Positions 27,814 to 41,554 of a stretch of 64,000 nucleotides of DNA are shown piece by piece. The DNA lies in NCBI GenBank assembly GCA_964016885.1, contig OZ024748.1, positions 50,530,001 through 50,594,000 on the forward strand. The letters run 5' to 3'. Positions within the stretch are counted from its first letter, which is position 1. Each line of letters opens with the position of its first letter. The stretch is from Eledone cirrhosa. Taxonomy: Eukaryota. Below the pieces are notes generated by a model. That model did no database searches. It had not been told where the DNA came from and was given only the letters and a program-made list of their open reading frames with translations. Position numbers and translations under genes: made by a program.

Positions 27814-28031
27814 TAAAAATGTTTTGAACAGTTCTTTGATTATTATAATTCATATAACTGCTCTGTAAATCATCTGATGTTATTACATTGAGCTATTTAA
27901 CTTACTGGTAATAAGGTAGTACTATATTACTGCCTACCACTATTTAGGGTTTATAAAAAATATATATAACTACAAAAGGTTTTTGTAACAAAAATTTTGT
28001 TAACAAAAATTGAACTTCTTGTGATCAAGTA

Positions 28032-28098
28032 TATTTTATTATATATATTTCAGAGGTACTGAGCTAACTTCAACAGTACGTCCTCATCAGATAAAATA
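28032..28098 (-). ncRNA. type I hammerhead ribozyme motif
   Basis: TATTTTAT-CTGATGA-GGAC-GTACTG..CAGTAC-CTCT-GAAA-TATATA-TA-ATAAAATA; perfect 8-bp stem I. Confidence 0.75.
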
Positions 28099-28368
28099 AG
28101 ATGATGCGTGACATACGCTGACATAGTAGTTGGTTAAGATCCAGTCATGGTATATATGTATACACACACATACTTTTTTATTTTTAATATTTATTTACGC
28201 TAATTTTCTTTCAGGTGAGACAGTGACGATATAATTATTCAAGTATGTTTTAAGAGTAGAGATAAATGTACAGAAGTAATAAGGCGATTGATAGAATGGT
28301 TCTTTAGAATGCACCCGTATGTACATATGTCTGTATTTGTGTATGTATGATGTACATATGTATATGTA

Positions 28369-28432
<64 letters not shown>

Positions 28433-28459
28433 CCCCTCTCTCTCTCTCTATATATTTAT

Positions 28460-28704
28460 ATATAAGTATGTATACGTACATACATATGTATACAGACGTA
28501 CAGTAGTATGTATATATACACAAACATGCATACATATATATATGTACGTATGAATTCACCGAACGTTTATTATAATGCTCGGTGTGTTTGTAAACAAACC
28601 TCCCGAATTAATCCATACGTACATATATATATGTGTGCATTTATATATATAAATACTACTCTACGTCTGTATACATATATGTATGTACGTATACATACTT
28701 ATAT
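28460..28704. repeat. inverted repeat with arms of about 95 bp and a spacer of about 55 bp
   Basis: ataagtatgtatacgtacatac...cagacgtacagtagtat is mirrored by atactactctacgtctg...gtatgtacgtatacatacttat. Confidence 0.8.
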
Positions 28705-28765
28705 TTAAGTAACAGCCGTACTAAGAGTGATAAATGAAATTTCGTTTCATTTTTTCCGTTTATCG

Positions 28766-28950
28766 CATCGGTAGAGGGTCGTACGCCATGCTTTACAGCA
28801 TAGAGTTACGGCCTTTGCCATTCTGAGTTCAAATCCCGCCGAGGTTAACTTTGCCTTTCATCCTTACGGGGTCGATAAAATAAAGTACTAGTAATGCACT
28901 GGGTAATTGCTGGCCATGTGCCAAAAGTAGAAAAAATTATTATTATTATT
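28766..28950 (+). mobile_element. SINE family A
   Basis: Near-full copy with (ATT)n tail. Confidence 0.85.
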
Positions 28951-28974
28951 GTTGTTGTTATATATATATATATT

Positions 28975-29168
28975 AATAATAATTGTTTCTACTTTAGGCA
29001 CAAGGCCAGCAATTACTCAGTACATTACTGGTACTTTATTTTATCGACCCCGTAAGGATGAAAGGCAAAGTCAACCTCGGCGGGATTTGAACTCTGATCG
29101 TAAAGGGACGTAACTATGCTGGAAAGCATGGCGTCCGACCCTCCATCGATACTGCCAATCCACCGCCC
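28975..29168 (-). mobile_element. SINE family A with TSD
   Basis: Full copy; tatatatattaataataat on both sides. Confidence 0.9.
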
Positions 29169-29569
29169 TATATATATTAATAATAATAATGCCTTTTGAG
29201 AATAATAAATGTCTACGTAAAAGAAAAGCAACATCATCAAAATTAACGCCATTAGCTACTGAAATGATAATTACAATTATAGCATTAAAACTAAAGACAT
29301 AACCCCTCTAAATATCGTTACATTTCACCCTTCCCCTCCTTTCTGTATAATTATCCTAATACTAAAGTATGTATTCAAATAAACCTAATCATGGCGAATA
29401 TAATACTAGCTTTGTGATGTGAAAGAAATCCTATTAAACACTTAACAACGTTCTCCAGATTTAAAATCCTAATACGAATTCTTTTGTTGCAACTAAATAG
29501 CCTTATTAAAAATACAGGTGTCTAATCAAGGTGTTTTATAACAAATCAAGACATTTCTATTGACGAACT

Positions 29570-29722
29570 AGGCAGCGAATTGACAGAGCAGTTAGACCAC
29601 TGGGTTGAATGTTTTTCGGCAGTCGCTCCCGTAGCCTATGATCAGAGTTCAAATTCTGTCGAGGGCAATTTTGCTTTTCATCGTTTTTAGGCTGATAAAA
29701 AAAACTACCAGTCCAGTATTGT
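29570..29722 (+). mobile_element. diverged SINE family A copy
   Basis: GAGTTCAAATTC B box, TTTGCTTTTCATC, GATAAAA..TACCAGT. Confidence 0.6.
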
Positions 29723-29764
29723 ATAAATGTATGTGTCTATGCATGTGTCTATGTGTGTGTATAT

Positions 29765-29804
<40 letters not shown>

Positions 29805-29917
29805 GTGTGTATGTGTCTATGCATGCATAGACACACACACACACACACTCACACACACATACACACATACACACACACGCACACATACACAGATACACAC
29901 ACACATATATATATATT

Positions 29918-30115
29918 AATAGAAGCTTTCACTGTGTTCTTGACTAAATAAATTTTAACCTGATAGTGGGGTTTAGAACACTCAAAGAAATTTTTTAAAA
30001 TGAGTATTGACGTATATATACATCAATACTCATCTTTTTTTATTTCTTTGAGGGTTCTAAACCCCACTATCAGGCTAAAATTTCTTTAGTCAAAAATACA
30101 TTGAAAGCTTCTATT
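29918..30115. repeat. imperfect palindrome (arms of about 99 bp) centred on a short TA run
   Basis: aatagaagctttca...ctgatagtggggtttagaac...gagtattga mirrored around 30016/30017. Confidence 0.85.
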
Positions 30116-30465
30116 TCTAATTTCAAACTCGCTCGCTGTTTCAAAACATACTTATATATGTCAACATCAGAGCAAGAATGAAGAGTTCATTCTACTGACA
30201 TGGCTATAAAAATGAGGCTTGTTTGCATAACTTCAAACGAATCGAATATTATTATTAATATTCGAAAAAATCAGATTACACACACACACACACAAACGCA
30301 CACACACACATATATATGTGTGTGTGTGTGTGTGTGCGTTTGTGTGTGTGTGTAATCTGATATATATATATATATATATATCAGATAAGTATGTTTTGAA
30401 ACAGCGAGCGAGTTTGAAATTAAAAATAGAAGCTTTCGTCGTTCTTTTGATTAAAGAAACTTAAA

Positions 30466-30507
30466 CCGAGCTGATGATCCGAATAAGGTGAAACAATTGT
30501 TCTCAGG
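30466..30507 (+). ncRNA. minimal type I hammerhead ribozyme motif
   Basis: CCGAG-CTGATGA-T-CC..GG-T-GAAA-CAATTG-TT-CTCAGG; paralogue at 41669. Confidence 0.7.
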
Positions 30508-31672
30508 AATAGTGAAGTAACTGTTGTGGAAATACTTCTCTCTCTCTCTCACACAACTATCTATACTTGGCATACAGTTACATGCAAATTACATCTTTTT
30601 GAAATTGATGGAGAAGGACATGTTTAAATCGGAGATCTTGGCCAGAGAGAGTATCTTTCCACAGAGGCCCTGAAGGCTCAAACTGATGTTTTGAAGTATT
30701 AAACGTGGGGACCATTTCAGTTTTAAAATATATGGCGTGTATGGCGTTGTCTTAAATATTGACCGCACCGAATCGAATGAAATGCAACAACCTATAGCGT
30801 TTGACTCTTGATTATTCAAGCAGCCTTGAAATTTCACTGACTGGATAAAAGGTGAACCTGAGCTTGGAGAGATTTGAACTTAAAAACAAAACGCATTTCG
30901 TCTGACGCTCTATCATTTTTTCAAATTCATTGCATATACATTTGTATAGAGTATGTATATATGTAATTATATATGCACACATGTACATACATATGCATAT
31001 ACGCATTGATATATAGGTGAGTGTGTATATACGCATATGTGGCAGCATGTACTCTGTATGAATGTACTTATACAAGTATGTACGCAAGCACAACATGTGC
31101 TTCTTAAATATGCCAGAATGTTTATATATTAATTGTATAAAGTAATCTTGTTTGTTGATTTAATTCTAAAGTAGTTTAATTTCATTGCTTTAAAACTATT
31201 TGCTTTCATAGAAGAATAAACTGAAGAGTTTGATGACACTAAACAGTAATAAGAAAATACAAAGGAAAATTTACTTTATTTAAAACTTATTCTTTTCTTG
31301 AAAATTTGTTTCACATTTCTTCTCATCCACATTGTTCCAATAGGCTTTATTTCGTTATTTCTTTATCGATTTATCCATTCATTCATTCATTTATTTATTC
31401 ATTTATTTATTTATTTATTAACTTTGATCTGTTATTATTTAACACTAAGCTCTACCAAAAGATACAGACCGTTCTGTTGTGAAAATTACTGAAATCGTCA
31501 GCAACCACGTATACTTATATTAAAAAGGTACTCATTAATAAAGATTAAACATCGGGTATGTGGAGTGTGGTGTGTATAAACTAGAGTATTGAAAAAATAG
31601 AAGCGGGTGGAACATACATACAAGCAAATATACTATATATACTCACACACACGTATACATGCCCACACACAA

Positions 31673-31715
<43 letters not shown>

Positions 31716-31771
31716 AATTATTAAAAAAATAATGAATAAACAAAGAAACAGTTCCTTATATTAAAAAAAAT

Positions 31772-31913
31772 TCATTATTTTACGATCGTTTCTAGGATAT
31801 ATATGTGTTAGAGTTGGTATGCATATTCTATAGATCTATGTACAATATTTATACAAACTATCAGAGGGAATATACATACCTACACATATATATGCTGTCT
31901 TCAGAAATAATGA
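31772..31913 (-). ncRNA. type I hammerhead with a long stem II
   Basis: TCATTATTT-CTGAAGA-...ATATATATGTGT...ACACATATATAT..-GAAA-CGATCG-TA-AAATAATGA; perfect 9-bp stem I. Confidence 0.8.
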
Positions 31914-32611
31914 TATTTGTTTATTGATAAGAACAAAGATTCAATACAATACGTCTGTTTGGGAACAGGTTTTGAATTGACCAATCAGGAGATAGTGAGG
32001 GTCAAGATAGTGATATATATATATATAAGGATAGTGATATATATATATATATAAGGATTTTACCATTATTCAGCAGGTACTTGATATTTGGGATAGGAGA
32101 ATGTAAATATATTAGTGAATCAGGGCCCGGCACTTGGAATTTGCTGTCGAAAATGCAAGAGCTCAGCCGTTAAGCCCCGCTCTCTAGTACACACACACAC
32201 ATATATATATATACATATTAGTGTGTGTGTGTGCGTGCGCGGGTGTGTTTGTGTGTGTGTGTTATGCGTATTGTCTAGGGTACGGTTACAGTTCCACTGT
32301 TGGACAAAAACTCCTTATAATAACTACGCTCTTCTGTTCGAAAGGCTAGATTGGTATGCTTAATAATTCTTATTGGACTTAACTAGTAACATTGCAACAG
32401 TGTGTGTATAGAGATGAGGCTACAAATGACAGACATTAATGAATCAACACAATGTGGATATTTAGATTATTCATATTAAATGTTGGAGTTATTTCATCTT
32501 GCCAGTAGTTTTAAGGCGTAAACGCGTCTATTTCATTAGATTTATTGGAGAATAGACATCTATTTATATATACATACATACTTACATATTTACATATATA
32601 TATGCATATAC

Positions 32612-32717
<106 letters not shown>

Positions 32718-32732
32718 ATATATGTATATCTT

Positions 32733-32778
<46 letters not shown>

Positions 32779-32829
32779 TATATGTCTCTCTCTCTATATA
32801 TATATATGTATGTTTACATATACATATAT

Positions 32830-32864
<35 letters not shown>

Positions 32865-32885
32865 TATATATATATAAATATATAA

Positions 32886-32981
<96 letters not shown>

Positions 32982-33471
32982 GTATGTTTATATATGTGCG
33001 TGTGTGTAGGTATATAGTTATATACAGGATGCGTTTAATAGCTTTAAAATTATAATTTCAATAACAATAAGTCGTCTGCCACATTTCGACATTTAATATA
33101 TCTATTATGGTTTTTAAACATACTTCATATTCTCTAAAGATAAGTAATTTTGTATTCATTGCTATTAGTTTACTATTGGTAAATTCTGTCTCATTTGCTA
33201 CATGAAAGCTGAAGACTTGAGCAATCTAGTAGTTTTATTATTTTTTTGTTTTGCTTAGTTAGATATTTGTATCATTTAATTTCTTTTAGATTTCTGTGTA
33301 AAGTTAATAAAATCTATCAGAGATAAATTCTTGAATGCATACTTAAAGATTATGGTCTATAAATTTAAATTGAAATACAACACACATTCTCGCAATTATA
33401 CAAACACACAGACACACACACAACTACACACACATACATATATATATGTATATATATATATATATATATTA

Positions 33472-33518
<47 letters not shown>

Positions 33519-33543
33519 CACACACATGTATATACACACACAC

Positions 33544-33595
<52 letters not shown>

Positions 33596-33611
33596 GTGTG
33601 TGTGTATATAC

Positions 33612-33677
<66 letters not shown>

Positions 33678-33719
33678 CATGCATAAAAAGGTGTATGTAT
33701 GTGTGCGTATCGCATACAA

Positions 33720-34012
33720 CCATTACCATTCCGTCGGTGACGACGTTGGGTGTTTCAGTTAATTCGATGAAAAGAATGCGTTGCTCGTGAAATTAACGTG
33801 CAAGTAGCTGTGAATTCCAAAGACATGCGTCTCATTAACGTCGTATGGCTCATGGAATTGTAGAGTGCAATTCATTTCTGCCAGCTGAGTGGACTAGGGA
33901 GCCACCTGAAATAAAGTATTTCTTGCTCATGCACACAATGTGTTGTCGGGAAGAGAACTCACGACCGTAAGATCATGAGCCGAATACCCTGACCATTACG
34001 CCACACGCCTTC
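33720..34012 (-). mobile_element. tRNA-derived CORE-type SINE (octopus OR-like)
   Basis: Antisense head GGCGTGTGGCGTAATGG...GTGAGTTC, CORE-like GAGCAAG..ACTTTATTTC..GTCCACTCAGCTGGCA. Confidence 0.75.
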
Positions 34013-34638
34013 CTATGGCATTCATAAGTATAACGTTCAGAACTCACCTTCCTATAGCATTCATAAGTTCATGGTATATGACACAAAAGCTCGGAATGCT
34101 AGAACTGAAATACAGCAAGTGTTATGAGGTAAAGATGTTACAATTTGCGTTCTACGGATCTCTTGTTTGTATGTTTCTATACTCTGCTAGGAACGGACTT
34201 CTGTCCAATATCGAGAACTTTATCAATCAGTTTCCGAATCCACGGTTCCTATAACAGGAGACAGAACTCCATTAACGAAATCATCATGCGTTTTCATTTT
34301 GTATTTAAATTTGGCACGGTTAAATTTTAAAGATATTGGGTGCTTCGTCAAACACGGTTATGCGTACAGTTTTGGTCGTTGAATGAACTTAAGAAGGAAC
34401 CCACAGCAGATCAAAGTAGCATTTCAAGACTCCGCATTAATAAAACCTACCTTGCCTTAATTACACCAGTTTTATGGAGAGGAACATAGAATATAATTGG
34501 CTTAATCCTGCGTTGGCAAGATCATCGTTATGAAATATGTTAAGATGGTCACCAACAAGAACAAAGAAAGTGTGGTGAAGACCCCCGGCTACAAAGCGTC
34601 GAATCAGTAAAAAACCCCGAAGACTGTGGAATAACAAA

Positions 34639-34672
<34 letters not shown>

Positions 34673-34989
34673 GCGATCAAGATCTGTAGTCTTGATTCGG
34701 AAAAACGCTCAAAATTGTGTGAATGACAACTAATATTGACAAGTGATATCTTACGGTCGTTACTATAGTGTGATAAGTCAATAACTAATGGTGATGATTT
34801 AGTGGATTATCTAAGAAATCTTGTTAGATTAGTGATACGATAAAGAATATAAAGCAGAACATATGCATATCTAACTTGAAATGTTTGTTTTTAGGAATAG
34901 AGATTATTAGACTATAAATATTTTCTGTTCTCCGACAAAGAATACCTTGAAGATATCTGTTTTACTGCCTCCATAAACGTATATATATA

Positions 34990-35468
34990 TATATGCAATA
35001 ATGATGTATATATGCAATATATGCAATACACGTATATATGCAATAATGATGTATATATGCAATATATGCAATACACGTATATATGCAATAATGATGTATA
35101 TATGTAATATATGCAATACACGTATATATGCAATAATGATGTATATATGCAATATATGCAATACACGTATATATGCAATAATGATGAATATATGTAATAT
35201 ATTCAATACGTATATATGCAATAATTGTTTCTACTTTAGGCGCAAGGCCAGCAAATTACCCAGTACATTACTGGTACTTTATTTTATCGACCCCATAAGG
35301 ATGAAATGCAAAGTCAACCTCGGCGGGATTTGAACTCAGATCGTAAAGGGACTAACTATGCTGGAAAGCATGGCGTCCGACCCTCTACCGATACTACCAA
35401 TCCACCGCCTATATGCAATAATGATGTATATATGCAATATATGCAATAAACGTATATATGCAATAATG
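34990..35468. repeat. 45-bp minisatellite interrupted by a SINE
   Basis: Unit atatatgcaataatgatgtatatatgcaatatatgcaatacacgt, about 5 copies before and about 1 copy after the SINE. Confidence 0.9.
35221..35409 (-). mobile_element. SINE family A with TSD
   Basis: TSD tatatgcaataat. Confidence 0.9.
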
Positions 35469-36285
35469 AGCAATTCCCCATTAATTAGTTAGGTACAGCA
35501 AAGGTTATGTTTCATCGAGGACACAGAACAAAATCGAAACATATTTAGATCTTTCTTCTCTGCTTGTCGGAGAATTGAGCATTCTATTGTAGTCATTCAC
35601 AAATATGGTTCTTTCCCCATAGAATATTTATATCTAATTAGATATCGTAACGATTTCTACATTAGAAGCCTTAACCCTAGTTTGCCTATTGCCGCATAAG
35701 TGTATAATGACCCTTATATTATTTAATATATATGTAGTGTCTATTTGATCGTTACTGTTTGAAAGAAAAGAGAGATACATTTATTGTAATATTTCTTTCC
35801 CAATGTAAGGGAAGAAGTAATTTCTTTGCGGGATTTATAGAAGAAACATTGTGAAGTGATATTTGTTTCTGTTGACGCAGTATGAATTAATGTCAATATG
35901 GTTATGCTGCTGTAGTGATTGTGTGAGTTAATTCTCATAATTGTGGTAGTCCAGTTTCCTCCATGCAAAGAGATGAAAGAATATACAAACGATTTGTATA
36001 TAGGAAACAATTGCCAAAATAGCAGCAATAATTCCAACATTAATATAAACATCAGCAACAACAATTAAATGTACAATAATGTAGCTATTATTACTAAGAA
36101 CAAAAACAAACGATGGCAGTTATGATCTACCTTTTAGAATCCTATGATAATTACTATTGCATTAAAAACATTGTCAGTGATGGCAACACTCGTAATAAGT
36201 CTGTTGGATCATGATTGACGTTGAATTAAAGGATGTGAACAATAAAAACAAACCGTAAAGGTAAACATACTCTTGGATATGAACA

Positions 36286-36445
36286 TAATTGTTTCCACTT
36301 TTGACACAAGGCCAGCAATTAACCAGTACATTACTGGTACTTTATTTTATCGACCCGGTAAGGATGAAAGGCAAAGTTACCTCGGCGGGATTTGAACTCA
36401 GACCGTAAAGGCGTCCGACTCCCTACCGATACTGCCAATCCACCG
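36286..36445 (-). mobile_element. SINE family A, internally deleted, with TSD
   Basis: TSD gaacataat. Confidence 0.85.
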
Positions 36446-36759
36446 AACATAATGGTGGAGAGAAATGAAATATATATGATAGTACGTCAGTAAAGAGCAA
36501 TGAGTATTGGTAAGAGAGTGCTTTCCTGTAGCCGACGTGCTAAAAATAAAGGCCAAACCTTCATCATATCATACACACACACAACGAAAAAAGAAATACA
36601 TCCTGGATTACGCTAGTCCTAGATAAATTGAGCGAGAAATGGAGCAAATTAAGGCGGATATACTACCTAATGATAGCCGGTCGATGTCGGCAAGAACTAA
36701 ACCTATCCTACCATTCAAAAACGAACGTCATGTTCCCTGACATCATTCACTTATGGAGG

Positions 36760-36945
36760 GCTGTGAAACTCGTCAGATCAGATCAAGGAAACAATGTTTC
36801 CATTGGTCGTTCCAAGTGCTTATATTATGAACAGGCCCCAACTCTTGGGAGAAGGAACGACGTCAGATAAAATGTCTTGTTTAAGGACACATCGCAAAAC
36901 CTGGTCCGGGAGTCGAATTCTCTCACAACTAAGACCTGCGACTGT
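36760..36945 (-). mobile_element. CORE-type SINE, same subfamily as 49088
   Basis: Antisense match to 49088-49295 (ggaccagg..tgtcctt..caagaca; gacca.tggaaacattgtt). Confidence 0.65.
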
Positions 36946-37254
36946 ATCGGGCTATATAGAATGAAGTATTAAACACCTTTACAGAGTTTATTGCTTTGTA
37001 ACATATTAAATCAAAAGTACTCAGACAGGTAGAATATTGTAAAGGGGATTTATAGGAAGGTATATACAATATGTTAAATATGCACATGTATAATAAGCAT
37101 GAAGGTATATTGTGAATGCCTTAAGCTGTGATCATGTCGGACCTATTTCAGATCTCAGTATGTGGAGAGAATGAAAGACACGTGTTTCTGGATTTGTATA
37201 GGCCTTCATATACACCATATACATATATATAAATATATATATAAATATATATAA

Positions 37255-37378
<124 letters not shown>

Positions 37379-37479
37379 TTATATATATATTTTTATACAT
37401 TATCTCCAACCGTTAACCTCCAACCGTTAAGGTTGTCTTTTTTCCGGGTATGTCAATATTTATTTATAAAACAAATCTG

Positions 37480-37545
37480 TATTTTATCTGATGAAAGCGC
37501 ACCATAATTTGCCTTGGTTGCCCTTGAAATATATATAATAAAATA
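37480..37545 (+). ncRNA. type I hammerhead ribozyme motif
   Basis: TATTTTAT-CTGATGA-AAG.GCACCA..TGGTTGC.CTT-GAAA-TATATA-TA-ATAAAATA; stem I extends further through TTTATAAAAC/GTTTTATAAA. Confidence 0.8.
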
Positions 37546-37612
37546 AATATGGTTTTATAAATATAGTTTCCATTTATTAATGTATTGTATATATATATAT
37601 ATATATATATAA

Positions 37613-37727
37613 TCTCTGATGATATGGGATCGATTGTGCATTGGATATCGAATGCTCTACTAAATATATAATATTATAGATGTAGCGAGATCTAGGCAAA
37701 TTGATGTCTATTGAAACGTACGTAAGA
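37613..37727 (+). ncRNA. type I hammerhead with a long stem II
   Basis: TCT-CTGATGA-T-ATGGGATCGATT...AATTGATGTCTAT-T-GAAA-CGTACG-TA-AGA; AATAAA at 37732. Confidence 0.75.
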
Positions 37728-37828
37728 ACCGAATAAATCTCTTTTACTGCATCTTTCTGTTCTTTTTAATTCTTTATATATATATATATATATATATATC
37801 ATTTCTGGTGTATATATGTATCTATGTA

Positions 37829-37932
<104 letters not shown>

Positions 37933-38382
37933 ATTGACCTAATGAGTCTATAATATTACTTTTATTCATATTTGTGTATGGGCTGTGACACAATAATTGA
38001 TTGTTGCAAATGTGTAAATTTGTATTTGGTCTAATTTCCTTATCTCTGTGTTGTTATTTGACACGATATTAACGTTGTCAGCTGTGTATATGTTGTATTC
38101 TATCCCGCAAGAAATTCACCTGTAATCGTTTCATACAGCAACACCAGTTCTTGTAAAAGTCAACTTTGAAAGCAACTCATTTCTTAACAATTGCAATACA
38201 CGAAACCTTCAAAAACTATTTCTCACATCTGTACAATAATAAAGACTGTAAACTGTGTTTTTAAATTAGTTAATACCGGTTGTATAATTATATTATAGTC
38301 GTAAGTGTTTATCTACTTCCATTCGGAGGCAAGAGTTTGTTTGTCTCAAACGTATATATATATATATATATATGTGTGTATG

Positions 38383-38427
<45 letters not shown>

Positions 38428-38759
38428 GCATACATAAGTATGTGTTACAATGTGTGTGTATGTATGTGTGCATACATACTTATAAGTTTATGTCTATATG
38501 TATACATATATAAATATATATATATATCGAATTAATGTGTAAATGCATGTATATAGGTGTGTTTGTAAGTATGTAGATATGTCACCTTCTACATAAACTT
38601 ATTTACACCTGATTAGTTACTTGAATGAACAAAGTTTATTATCTGACTTTCACACCTATATTGCATTTTCTTTCCTAGTCATTAGAGAATAATTTCCAAA
38701 TTTATCTTTCACTGCAGTACACACCATTATTCTCTTATATATATATATATATAATATAT

Positions 38760-38914
<155 letters not shown>

Positions 38915-39056
38915 GTATATATATATATGTATATATAAATGTATATATATGTATATATATGTATAAATATATGGGTGTGTGCATATGTATGTAGATATCT
39001 ATGAGTATATATAAATATATATATATATGTATGTATATATCTATAAGTATATATAT

Positions 39057-39087
<31 letters not shown>

Positions 39088-39105
39088 AATATATATATAT
39101 CTATA

Positions 39106-39175
<70 letters not shown>

Positions 39176-39569
39176 CATATATATATATATGTATATATAT
39201 ATATCCGTAGAGCATAAAATCTTTGTCTATATATAGGTATGGATCAGGATAGAGCTATGACTGTATTAGCCTGGATTCAAATGAAATAACGAAGATGGCG
39301 TTTGATAAGGTGAATACTAATCAACACTTCGAGCCCGACTTAATATGGTGAATGTTTCATTATTGTTTCGTAGAGAAGAATTTCAAGATAACATACAATT
39401 AGTTTATGTGTATGTCTGTAAGTATGTATGTATGTATGTATGTATGTATGTATGTATGTATGTATGTATGTATGTATGTATGTATAACTCTATGTGTGTA
39501 TGCATGTATGTATGTGCATATGTATATATATGCATTTATGTATGTATAAATGTATGCATGTATGTGTGG

Positions 39570-39626
<57 letters not shown>

Positions 39627-39915
39627 ATACGTATGTGTGTATATGTGCATGTAATTATGTGTGTATGCATGTTTGCACACATGTGTATGCGCATATGTAT
39701 GGATATATGTACGTTTGCGTGTGTGTGTATGTATACCTATATACATATATACATATATACATATAAATACAGGTAATCTCTCTCACACATATATATACTC
39801 ACGCTTATATTCGTACGTAGGTATAAATGTATTTATCTAGAGTCACACACACACCTATATATGTGTATGTATGTGTATGTATGTAAGTGTGTGTATATAT
39901 ATATATATATATAAA

Positions 39916-39981
<66 letters not shown>

Positions 39982-40229
39982 CATTTATATAAATGCTTAT
40001 GTGTATGTGTAGATTGGCGCTCGTGTGCGTATATGTGATTTTGTGTGTCACATGTGTTAAAATTTATGGGGTATATACACACTAAATTTAAGTAGCACAG
40101 AATATTTTTTAAATGATTTTTGATTTAGAGTATTAAAAACCTAGAATACTAGATAGAATGGAGGTATGTGAAACATAATATATACATATATATATGTATG
40201 TATGTATGTATGCATGTGTGTGCGCGCGC

Positions 40230-40260
<31 letters not shown>

Positions 40261-40261
40261 A

Positions 40262-40325
<64 letters not shown>

Positions 40326-40992
40326 ATATATATATACATATGTTTGTGTGTGTCTGTGTACGTATATATATATATATTTATACATACATATATATGTGTG
40401 TGTGTGTGTGTGTGTATATATATTATATATAGAGAAAAAATGAGAGGGTGATAGGAGGGAGATAGGAGGGAGATGTAGAGGGGGATATCAGGAATAGAGA
40501 CACAATGTCTGTTTTTGTGTGGTCGTAAAATATGTATATATCACATGAATGATATATATGCGTAAACAATATTTGAAAGGGAAATATATCCGCAAACCTG
40601 AAGCAGAGTAAAGAACTTCTAAATTGCTGTTTTTCCCAAGTCACCATGTTTATACAATATTTTATGTGAAATATTTCACTTGTGAAAATTTAAGTATGCT
40701 CGTGAGGTACATATTTCACACTTACTATTGCAATATGTACTGCTACTTATATTTTATTACTATAAAATCAAATGCCCTTTGCAAACGTCCACATATGGGT
40801 TTGATATACAGAAACATTTGTATTTGTATTGTACTGTATAGTGCAACTCTATATTCATCAGCAGGGAAAACCTAATGTTTTGCTATCATCGGACTAACTG
40901 CTTGTTAGGAGCGCACCCTGAACATCCAATAAGAAACCCTTTAGATCCATCTAATCTTGTCCGCTTGCAGGGAAGACAGCTCTCTCTCTCTC

Positions 40993-41032
<40 letters not shown>

Positions 41033-41471
41033 ACGAATCAAGAGAATTCGTGTATACTACACCAAATTAAACGACTCGGCTTAATCACAAACTAACGGCG
41101 GATATACCAGACTGATATTCACATTGACACTATATCGAAGTTAAATACTCACAACACAGCTTACAGTCAAAAACAAAGTATCGACAGTTTTAGAACCAGA
41201 CGAATCACCGTGTTATCAACTGCATCGTTTCAACATCTGTTCCAATAGCAGACACAACACAACGTCATCTTCAAATGTCAGTTTAACAGGCCCACCATTT
41301 GAAATTTCAATTATTTTTTCCGTTACACGTTAAAAAGGTGGTCTTATCTACGGCTATAAAACCGTTTCGTAATGCAGAAGTAAGTGGAAATGGTAATATC
41401 AATAATCATAACCTCCACATTATATGTTGATTGCACTCTGTCCTCCTCTTTTACCAAATATTATATGTAAT

Positions 41472-41554
<83 letters not shown>

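Noticed and set aside
30595-30700. Peptide EIDGEGHV*IGDLG resembling a kinase motif
   Set aside because: Short, contains a stop, and no other kinase motifs or splice sites are nearby
34990-35220. CRISPR-like periodicity
   Set aside because: Head-to-tail units with no unique spacers, eukaryotic context, no cas genes
41210-41285. Minus-strand TTGAAGA...GAAAC motif
   Set aside because: No valid 3-8 pair, cleavage triplet or stem I
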